From the NCBI RefSeq assembly GCF_000142905.1, contig NW_013657646.1, forward strand, positions 247,324 to 311,323: a DNA stretch of 64,000 bases, given 5' to 3'. The DNA comes from Thecamonas trahens ATCC 50062. Its lineage: Eukaryota > Protista > Apusomonadida. Each line of letters starts with the position of its first letter. Within the stretch, counting starts at the first letter, position 1. A model generated the notes under the pieces. The model worked only from the letters and a program-made list of their open reading frames with translations, was not told where the DNA came from and made no database searches. Of this stretch, positions 41,081 through 49,816 are shown in pieces. A program made the position numbers and the translations under genes.

Positions 41081-44000
41081 TCACATGATGGCGCAGCCAC
41101 GCCGGCGCCGTCCGCGATCGTCGCCGTCGTCGACGCCGTCGGGGGCGTTGAAGACAAACCGGTCAGGAAGGTCGAGAGGAGGCTCGTTGATGACAGGGTC
41201 GGCAGGCATCGGCGGAGCCGGGGGAGGGGCAGTGGCAGCCGACGTGCCGACGTCATCATCAGCGGCAGGCTCGGGGTTTGCGGACTCGCCGCCGATGGCC
41301 CAGCCGACGGGCGCGCCGCCTGACTCGCGCCACGCGGTGAGGACCCGCTCGTACTCGGGAATGTCGTTCTCGTGGATGAACCAGTGGAGGCGAGCGCCGT
41401 AGAACTCGCGCACGTTTTCGGGCTCGTACTCAAGCCAGTCCGGCACGTCGTCCTCGGCGAGGGTGTCGAGCGGAAACTTGCCGTCAAAGTACTGGTTGTT
41501 GACAAGGTCGCGCCAGCCAAAGCGGGTGATCATGGCCACAAAGTCGGACTTGCCCATCCGTCGCATAAAGTCAAGGACGGCGCAGCGAACTCGGATGGTG
41601 GCCATGAGTGCATTGGCGAAGCGGTCGCGCTCGACGCGGCAGGTGGCATCCGACGGGCACGAGCCGCTTGGCCGGCACCCGGCCTGGCCACATCCGAGCG
41701 CCGCCACCCGCGGATCGATGTTGGCCGAATGGTGCGCGTACATCCAGCAGTACTCGGTGTCGGTCTGCCACTCGGAGCCGTACGTCGAGTGGGTCGAGAC
41801 CGACGTTCCGTGGAGCTGGTCGCGGTTCCGCGCGCAGAGATAGCAGTAGTCGTTCCCACACACGCAGTGCAGGTGGCAGCATGCGTCGTCCTTGATTCCC
41901 ACCTCGCCGCACGTTGGGCACTTGCGCATGGCCTTCTCGGTGACCAACGCATAGAACTCGAGGAACTTTTGCAGCGAGCCAAACTTGTCGACGCACCCCG
42001 CGTGGATCTCGTCGTCCATGGCGTTGCGCGCCACATCCTGCTCGTTGCGCGGCGGGCTCCGCCGCGGATGGATCTGCTCGCACACGGCGCAGCAGTACAC
42101 TCCGCAGTGATCGCACTGGAACCGCGCCGAGCCCGACGCTAGCACGTCGCGGATGTCGTTGATCCGCGAGCAGACCGAACAGTTGGTCCGGTACGCCCCG
42201 TCCGTGTCGTAGCTCTCGTTGACCATCACCGCCGCCACAAGCAGCAGCTCAGATACCGGAAGTGCCTTGCGGAGGACAGACATCGGAACCGTCGCCTCAC
42301 ACGCCGCATTGCAGCACTGCGGGAACTCGCCGTCGTGCAGCGCCGCCTTGGCCATGTGCACAAAGCACTCCTCGCAAAACTCAGCGTTGCACTCGCACCG
42401 CCACACCATGCCCTCCGAGCCGAGCGGCGGTGCCATGAAGCACACCGCGCACACCCGGCCCTCGGACCCGTCCCACGACCCACCAGCGCCAGCAGCCTCC
42501 AGCACCGCTGCTGCCTCGCCCGACGAGCACACTCCGATTGGCGTGAGGCCCTGGTTGTTTGCCATGCCTGCGGCAGCACCAAAGCCGTCAAACGCCAGCA
42601 AGAGCTCCACAACCTCGGCCGAGCCCGACCGCGCCCCGCAGTGTAGCACAGTGTCGCCGTTGGCATTGACCGCCGTTGCTGACTCCGCCTCGCGCGTCAC
42701 TGACCGCGTCAGTAGCATCGCCACAGCAGCCGCAGAGCCCGACGCCGCCGCTCGCATCAACGGCGTGTTGCCCGCGTGGTCGGCGCAGTCAACACTCACC
42801 CGCGACGCAAGCAGGAGAGCCGTCACCTCGTCCGCACGCGCGTCGAGCGCGTGAAAGAGTGCCGTCCGTCCGCGGTCGTCGGTCGCTGCCGCCGCTGCCA
42901 CGCCATCGCGATCCAACACTCGCTTGACGGTGAGGACCGAGCCGGTCGCCGCAGCATCGGCAAGCGAGGCCGGCAGCTCGGCGCTGCTCGACGCTGCACC
43001 GCCAGCCTCGGCAAAGACCGCGCGAACTCGACCCGAGGTCGCCATAGCCAGCGGCGTCAGCCCAGCGCTCGACTCAAGCGTCGGATCAAACGACTCGAGC
43101 GCAAGAAGGAGCGCCACAAGCTTGGGGTCGTCGTGCTTCACCGCAAGGTGCAGCACTGTCTCGCCGTGGTCGTTGAGTGCGTACTCGGCCGCGCTGCCCG
43201 ACTTGTACGGCGCGTGGACCGCCGGGTGCGCAAGCAGCGTGTACACAATCGGCTGCTTGGTGTCCTGCATGATGGCCCACGCCAGCGGTGAGTAGCCGTA
43301 CAGCGACTTGCGCGCCACATCGGCGCCGTACGCGATGAGGTACGAGACAATGGGCGTGAGGCCAGTCCGGATGGCCACAAGCAGCGGCGAGCGCTGCCAG
43401 ACGTCAAAGGCCCGAAACGACGCCGGCGTCTCTGGCCCGCCACGCGACGACGACGAGCCCACGTCGCGCGCTGGTGTCACCGCAGGTGGCACGTAGTTCT
43501 CACACGTTCCGCCGTGGACCTGGATGGCGTCAATCTCGTTGTATCCGTTGACAGCCGCGCAGTTGAGGACAAGCTTGAGTCGCGAGCAAGGGAACTGCGG
43601 CAGCGTGAGCGTCGGCGTAAAGATGCGCGAGACCGCCGGCGCCGCCCGTGGGTTCTCGTCGACGTAGAGGTCGACCCAGGCCTCGGCAGAGTTGTCCCAG
43701 GCCTGGATGTGGGTGATAGCGCCCGGATTATACGTCTCGTACACGTCGATGGAGGTGATCCATAGCTCGCGCTCGATACTCACGTCGATCCACTCGATGT
43801 TCTGCGAGTTGTACGGCTGCGCCCAGGCGCCGGCAATGTCACCGTACTGAGGGTAAACCCGCGGCGCGCCGATGACGTTCGTCGCCGCCCAGTTCGAGGT
43901 GTCGTACTGCGCCGAGTAGCCGTTGACCGCTGAGATGTAAACAGTGTGCATGTCGAGCGACTCGGGCGGTGGCCGCCGCGAGAGCATGCCCGGGTTGGCC

Positions 44001-45055
44001 TGCAACACAGACTTGACCTTGGCCAACGAGCGCGAGGCGGCGGCGCGGACAAGCTCCGGAAGCGGGTTGGCGTCAAAGGCCCGGAAGTTCTTGATCGACT
44101 GGGCGAGAACAGCCTTGGGCGTGAGAATGCCGGCGCGAATGTGCATCTCGAACGGGTGCGCCAGCGAGCCGGCCGAGGCTGGGCCGACTGCCGAGCTCGG
44201 CTCGGTCCCGGCCGCAAACCACGCGTTGGCCGCGTTGACGTCGACCGCCAGCGAGAGCGCGGCAAACTTGCCCTTCTTCGACTTGAGGTCCGTTCGCACC
44301 TGCCGCTTCGGCATCGAGTCGACCGCAGCCTCAAAGGCTTTGAGCTTGCGCGCCCGCGCCGCCTTGGCCTCCAGCTCGGCCCGCAGCTCGTCGTTGAGCG
44401 GGACGCCGATGACCCGCACGCAGTCGATCTCGTTGTAGCCCGGCACCGAGTCAACGTCAATCTCCAGCCGGAACAGGTCCGACGACATGTCGACGTTCGC
44501 CAGGGGCGGTGCAAAGATGCGCGAGACCGGCGGCGCCCGGCGCCCGGCCCCAGTCCACAGCGAAACCCACTCTTCGGCGCCGTAGTCCCACGCAGCAATC
44601 CGGGTCACCGCGCCCGGATTGTACGTCTCATAGATGTGGACCGAAGCAACAATGACCGGCTCGGCCACAAAGAACTCGACCCAGTGCGTGCCCTGCGTGC
44701 CGTACGGCTGGGTAAACGAGCCGCGAATGTCGCCGTAGTTGTGCTCGAGTGTAAAGACACGCGGGGGGCCGCACAGGTTCTTGGCTGCCCACCGAACCGC
44801 GTCATACTGCACAGAGTAGCCTTGAATGCGTTCCACCCACTGGCCGAGCATTCCGTCCGGCACCTTCATCAGTTCGCGCGTGCCAGGCAGAGGCGGCGGC
44901 AGCGGCGGTCCCGTCCGCGACGGGCCGGCGGCCCCACCCCCACCACCAGCCCCACCACCACCGCTGCTTGCTCCCTGCTCAGCGCCACCACCACCGTCCC
45001 CGCTCATTCCCGCCACTTCGCCTTGCGTCTCCATTGTCGTTGTTGCTGCTGACAT
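41081..45055 (-). CDS. RBR-type E3 ligase with two FBXL4/pappalysin-like discoidin domains and ankyrin repeats
   Basis: Two copies of S.QY..W.A.N..G.P.V..YGD..YETYNPGA..W..L..SRIF.P..YNEID. Ankyrins. RING1 CAVC..CEC..FCEEC..CC..C; IBR CSVC..CDHC..CAVC..H; RING2 CPTC...KDDACCHLHCVC..YCYLC. Confidence 0.85.
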   Translation of the reverse strand: MSAATTTMETQGEVAGMSGDGGGGAEQGASSGGGGAGGGGGAAGPSRTGPPLPPPLPGTRELMKVPDGMLGQWVERIQGYSVQYDAVRWAAKNLCGPPRVFTLEHNYGDIRGSFTQPYGTQGTHWVEFFVAEPVIVASVHIYETYNPGAVTRIAAWDYGAEEWVSLWTGAGRRAPPVSRIFAPPLANVDMSSDLFRLEIDVDSVPGYNEIDCVRVIGVPLNDELRAELEAKAARARKLKAFEAAVDSMPKRQVRTDLKSKKGKFAALSLAVDVNAANAWFAAGTEPSSAVGPASAGSLAHPFEMHIRAGILTPKAVLAQSIKNFRAFDANPLPELVRAAASRSLAKVKSVLQANPGMLSRRPPPESLDMHTVYISAVNGYSAQYDTSNWAATNVIGAPRVYPQYGDIAGAWAQPYNSQNIEWIDVSIERELWITSIDVYETYNPGAITHIQAWDNSAEAWVDLYVDENPRAAPAVSRIFTPTLTLPQFPCSRLKLVLNCAAVNGYNEIDAIQVHGGTCENYVPPAVTPARDVGSSSSRGGPETPASFRAFDVWQRSPLLVAIRTGLTPIVSYLIAYGADVARKSLYGYSPLAWAIMQDTKQPIVYTLLAHPAVHAPYKSGSAAEYALNDHGETVLHLAVKHDDPKLVALLLALESFDPTLESSAGLTPLAMATSGRVRAVFAEAGGAASSSAELPASLADAAATGSVLTVKRVLDRDGVAAAAATDDRGRTALFHALDARADEVTALLLASRVSVDCADHAGNTPLMRAAASGSAAAVAMLLTRSVTREAESATAVNANGDTVLHCGARSGSAEVVELLLAFDGFGAAAGMANNQGLTPIGVCSSGEAAAVLEAAGAGGSWDGSEGRVCAVCFMAPPLGSEGMVWRCECNAEFCEECFVHMAKAALHDGEFPQCCNAACEATVPMSVLRKALPVSELLLVAAVMVNESYDTDGAYRTNCSVCSRINDIRDVLASGSARFQCDHCGVYCCAVCEQIHPRRSPPRNEQDVARNAMDDEIHAGCVDKFGSLQKFLEFYALVTEKAMRKCPTCGEVGIKDDACCHLHCVCGNDYCYLCARNRDQLHGTSVSTHSTYGSEWQTDTEYCWMYAHHSANIDPRVAALGCGQAGCRPSGSCPSDATCRVERDRFANALMATIRVRCAVLDFMRRMGKSDFVAMITRFGWRDLVNNQYFDGKFPLDTLAEDDVPDWLEYEPENVREFYGARLHWFIHENDIPEYERVLTAWRESGGAPVGWAIGGESANPEPAADDDVGTSAATAPPPAPPMPADPVINEPPLDLPDRFVFNAPDGVDDGDDRGRRRRGCAIM

Positions 45056-45348
45056 TGTCGAGTGTTCCTCCTCCCCTCCCCCTTCCCCTCCCCCGCCTCC
45101 TCCTCCGCCTGCCAACCTGTGCAGGCGTCTTCTTCGGAGCGAACGTTCCTTTTTCGCTGTCGCCTTTCCGTCCCTCGCCACACAACGAGCTGATGGGAGA
45201 ACGCTCCAATGAATTTCGCGGCTTGATCTCGAAGCTAGAGGTGGAGGAAAAGGAGAGTGGTCTGGTGGGGGGGGGAGAGAGAGAGACAGGGGCAAGATGG
45301 GTGGGTGGTTCTTGGCCTCGGCTGGGTTTAAACGCCGTACAAATATAA

Positions 45349-45567
45349 CCGGTGATGTTTACTATGTCACCGCATTGTGATCTTCGATTTTTTCGTTGCG
45401 CTCTTCAGAGCTGAGACAGCCCACGGCATCCCCCTGGCGACTACACAAGAGCCATGTTGGTAATGGCGTACTCTGGCACTCGACCGTGAGTGTAGCGAAC
45501 GTCGATGATGTAGGGAGAGCGGCGGATCGATGTCTGTGGTTGTGCTCTTCTCAAATCATCTGACCAG
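45349..45567 (+). ncRNA. Candidate box C/D RNA (~215 nt)
   Basis: C-like GTGATGT 45352, D' CTGA 45411, C'-like ATGATGT 45505, D CTGA 45560. Weak terminal stem. Segment 45391-45407 is near-complementary to the conserved 5.8S motif. Lower-GC intergenic region. Confidence 0.3.
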
Positions 45568-45957
45568 CTCCTCGGCGACGACCATCACCTGCACAGCGTC
45601 GCATCACTACAAGCACCTGGACACCACCAGGGTGTAGACACCGATCTCGAGCGCACTCCTGCTGCTGCCATGAGATGGATCTGCACTCTTCACATATAGA
45701 GGTCGAGCACGAGATCGACTCTCCATCACTCTGCCCGCAACGCCTCGTCCAAGCAGAGGATCGATGGATGAGGTCCGGAACGGGGAAAAAACCCTGAAAG
45801 TCATGCGCTTCCACCGTTCTCCTCCCGCCACGCTACCTCCCCGTCACCCCTCCCCCCGCACCCCCCCCCCCGCACCGCTCTCTATCGGCATACCGAACTC
45901 TCTCTCAGCATGGGCCTGGCGACGACAACTCGTGGACTACACGCGAAGGTCTCTTCG

Positions 45958-48136
45958 ATGGCAGTGGTTGCGGTGGTGTTCGTGGTGTTGGCATTGGTTT
46001 GGGCGGAGGGTGCGAGTGCCGCGAGGGTGACCTTTGGGCGGGGCATTCGTGACGTGACGGGACCTGCGACCGAGGTGGACTTTATGGGCTACGCCGAGCC
46101 GAGCCAGACTGGAGGCGGGCTGCACTTTCGGCTCCATGCGCGTGCGATGGTGTTTTGAGTGACGACGGCGCACGATTTGCCTATGTCTCGGTCGATGTGT
46201 GCATGGTCATGCTCGGGGTCAAGCTGGCGGTGGTGGAGGCGCTCGAGGCTAAGCTGCCTGGAGTGTACTCGCACGAGAATGTCATGCTCTCGGGCATCCA
46301 CACGCACTCGGGCCCAGGCGCGTACTCGACGCAGTCTCTGTTGTACGATATCACCACGCTCGGGTTCGACAAGAAGCACTTTGACACGGTAGTGGGCGGC
46401 ATCGTGGCAGCCATTCTCGACGCGCATGCCGACGCGCGCCACGAACTGAAGGGCCGACTCAAGGTCGGCTCGCTGCTGGGCGCCAACATCAACCGCTCGC
46501 CATCGTCGTATCTAGCGAATCCGGCCGAGGAGCGCGCGCTCTTTGAGCATGACGTCGACAAGAACATGACGGTGGTGGCGCTCGACGATGCAGGCACCGG
46601 CGAGCCGCTGGCGCTGCTCTCGTTCTTTGCGGTCCACTGCACGTCGATGCACAACACAAACAAGCTTGTTTCCGGAGACAACAAGGGCTACGCCTCGATG
46701 CTTGTCGAGGCGGCGCATAATCCTGCCGGTAGTCTCCCCGGCAAGGGCCCGTTTGTGGCTGCGTTTGGGCAGGCCAACGAGGGCGACGTCTCGCCGAACG
46801 TCGAGGGCGCGTGGTGCCACGCCAAGGTTGGCGGCACGCCGTGCGCCGACGGCGAGTCGGTCTGTGACGGCCGCAACGAAGAGTGCTTTGGTGTCGGCCC
46901 GGGTGGCTTTGACAACGACTTTGAAAGCACCCGTACCATCGGGGCGGCGCAGGCGGACGAGGCGATGCGGCTGGCGCAGTCGGCCAACGAAGCACTCGAC
47001 ACCGCGCTCGGCGTGGCCTCGGTTCACGCCTGGGTCGACATGACCAACGTTACTGTCGCGCCCAAGTTTTCGGGTGCGCCGAGCCCGGTGACCACCTGCC
47101 GGCCGGCGGTCGGCTTCTCGTTCGCCGCGGGGACCACTGACGGGCCGGGCGCGTTCAACTTTCACCAGGGCGACAACACCACGTCGGGCAATCCGCTGTG
47201 GGATCTGGTCCGTGGCCTGATCAAGGAGCCGACACCGGCGCAGGTCGCGTGTCACGCACCCAAGCCGATTCTCCTTGACGTTGGAGAGATCAAGCCGCAC
47301 CCGTGGACGCCGACCGTGCTCCCGCTGCAGATCTCGCAGGTCGGCCAGCTGGTCATCATTGCCGTGCCCGGCGAGTTTACCACAATGTCCGGCCGCCGGC
47401 TGCGGTACATTGTCCGCCGCGCCTTTGTCGACGCCGGCCACCCTGCCGCCGACAAGCTGACCTTTGTCATTGCCGGCCTCGCCAACGCGTACTCGCAGTA
47501 CATCGCCACCGGTCCGTCGCTCACTGCCGCTGGCACGTACGACACTGCTGGCGGGGAGTACGCCCGCCAGCGTTACGAGGCGGCGTCGACGCTCTTTGGT
47601 CCGTACACGCTCGCGGCTTACATGCAAGAGTACTACACGCTCGCCACCGCGCTTGCAAAGCGCGCGCCTGTCCCGGCTCCTGGCACCCCGCACCATCGAC
47701 CGTCTTTGTCAACTACGACTTTCTCCCGCCGGTCCTCGCCGACATCCACCCGCTCGACGCCACCTTTGGCGCCGTCCGTACGCAGCCGGCCGCATCGTAC
47801 TCGATCCGCGACAATACCACGGTCTCGGTCGTCTTTTGGGGCGCCAACCTCCGCAACAACTACATGACCGACTCGAGCTACCTCACCGTCGAGATGCGTC
47901 AGCCGGGCTCGGGCGCTTGGTCGGTCGTCTGCACCGATGCCTGCTGGGAGACCCGCATCCTCTGGCGCCACACCCGCCTTCTCGAGTCGCTTGTCACTGT
48001 CGAGTGGGCCATTCCGGCCTCGGCCGCCCCGGGCACGTACCGCATCACGCACTCGGGCTATTTCAAGCTGCCTGAAGTCGACGAGGTGACCAAGCCATAC
48101 TCGGGCACCTCGCGGGAGTTTGCCGTAACGCCGTAA
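45958..48136 (+). CDS. Neutral/alkaline non-lysosomal ceramidase with two apparent frameshifts (~46155, ~47688)
   Basis: DVTGP...FMGYA..GLHFRL.ARA | NVMLSGIHTHSGPG, INRSP..Y..NP, FAVHCTSM, SGDNKG, GDVSPN, AAGTTDGPG, PGEFTTMSGRR, YEAASTLFGP | GANLRNN..YLTVE..D..WET..GTYRITH. Confidence 0.92.
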
Positions 48137-48641
48137 TGCTCCGCAACAGCGGTAGAATCTATGACCAGCGCCAGGCCAGCAGTCTTGAAAATCATTCCCC
48201 CTCCTTGAGCGCTCCCTAACCTTTCCTGCGCCCCACGAGCCAGCCATCTACCCCCCGCTCCCTGCTCTACACCATTACCATTTCCTTGCCCAAGCACCAC
48301 TTCAACATCTTCCCATCCCCATCCCCATCCCCCCCCCCGCTTCCCCTCGCCGCCCACCCATGGCATCCGATTTCCCTCTGCCAACGAAAAATTCGCGCCA
48401 CACCAAACCACCACCACCAGCCCCTTTGACACTACCTCCTCACCCACCACACACGACTTGACACGTACCCGTAGCACAAGTCCCCGCTCGCTCTCTTCTC
48501 TGCCCCTCTTCCCACCTCCACCCCCTTTCCCCCCCTTCACCCTTCCCCACTTCCAACTCGGAAGTGCCCCGTGCTATCCCCCCCCACCCCTCCCTCCCCT
48601 CCCGCTTCCCGCCTAAAACAGCTACACAAGCCGATTCTACC

Positions 48642-49667
48642 ATGTCGCGTCCCGAGCGCAAGCGCAAGGTCGCCACCAAATACGACAGCCTCCACCCAGA
48701 CGAGGAGCGGATGATTGCCGAGGCTCTGCGGGCTTCGATGCGTGGTCCTGAGAGTGCCAGTATTGATGAGGCTGGCGACGTCGCCGTTTCGCCCTCGCCT
48801 CGCCCGGCCAAGCGGCAGAAGACTCTCGCTAGCAAGAGCAAGACGCCTGCGGCCAAGAAGCAGAAGAAGACGAAAAAGGCCAGCTCCAAGTCGGCATCGG
48901 CCGCCTCGAGCGGGAAGAAGGGATCGGCTACGGCCAAGACAGCCAGCAAGGCGAGCTCCGCCGGCTCGGACGATGCCGTTGCGTCGAGCAGCGCAAAGGC
49001 GGCCGAGACCAGCGCGAGCAAGGCGAGCAAGACAAGCAAGGCGAGCAAGACAAGCAAGACAAGCAAGACAAGCAAGGCGAGTAAGGCGAGCAAGAAGAGC
49101 AGGGAAACCAAGGCCAAGAGTCCACGGCGGCCACAGATGAAGAAGAAGATGGTCCGCAAGCGGCCGGCGTCCGGCCTGCTGCCGGTAGTGGAGATGACTC
49201 GGCGTGAGACGTTCTCGGCAGCGCATCGGCTGCACACATACAAGATGAACAAGGCCGAGAACGCGGCGCTGTATGGCAAGTGCAACGGGCTGCACGGCCA
49301 TGGGCACAATTACGTGCTCAAGGTCACCCTCCGCGGTCCGGTTTCACCCAAGACCGGCATGCTGTACAACCTTACCGACCTCAAAGAAGTCATCAAGACC
49401 TCGATCCTCGACGTCCTCGACCACAAGCACCTCGACAAGGACGTGGCGTTTTTCAAGAAGCGTGTGTCGACGACCGAAAACGTTGCTGTCTTTTGCTGGC
49501 ACCAGCTCACGACTGCTCTCGGCAACGACGCCTTCCTCCTTGCCAAGGTCTTTGTCGGCGAGACCGAGAAGAACGGCTTCACCTTTTTCGGCGACTACAT
49601 GGCCGAACCGCGCTTGGGCGACATGTCCGAGGGCTCGGACTCGGGCTCGGGCTCGGACAGCTTTTGA
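48642..49667 (+). CDS. PTS: 6-pyruvoyl-tetrahydropterin synthase with ~180-aa basic N-terminal extension
   Basis: FSAAHRLH..YGKCNGLHGHGHNY..TGM..NLTDLK..LDHK.LD.DV..STTENVA..ETEKN. Confidence 0.9.
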   Translation: MSRPERKRKVATKYDSLHPDEERMIAEALRASMRGPESASIDEAGDVAVSPSPRPAKRQKTLASKSKTPAAKKQKKTKKASSKSASAASSGKKGSATAKTASKASSAGSDDAVASSSAKAAETSASKASKTSKASKTSKTSKTSKASKASKKSRETKAKSPRRPQMKKKMVRKRPASGLLPVVEMTRRETFSAAHRLHTYKMNKAENAALYGKCNGLHGHGHNYVLKVTLRGPVSPKTGMLYNLTDLKEVIKTSILDVLDHKHLDKDVAFFKKRVSTTENVAVFCWHQLTTALGNDAFLLAKVFVGETEKNGFTFFGDYMAEPRLGDMSEGSDSGSGSDSF

Positions 49668-49816
49668 GAGTCCAAACCACCGTCCCACGTAAACTGCATC
49701 ATCGCAAGTCAAAGCACACTACTACCACTTGGTACGGAGTCGAAATGTGACGCGAGCTCGAGCAGGAGCACTGATGTGTGTTTTTTTTCCCTTGGCTGTC
49801 ACGAGCTCACAACAGG

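Noticed and set aside
45349-45567. U3 snoRNA or U5 snRNA identity for the candidate RNA
   Set aside because: No box A/A' 5' domain and no exact GCCUUUUAC loop.
45766-45790. GAGGTCCGGAACGG resembling SRP RNA helix 8
   Set aside because: Lacks the GNRA tetraloop geometry and the AGCAG strand.
46150-46160. TTT TGA in ceramidase as a Sec codon or shifty-stop recoding site
   Set aside because: Homology continues in a different frame, so it is not read-through. It matches the homopolymer-deletion pattern seen elsewhere.
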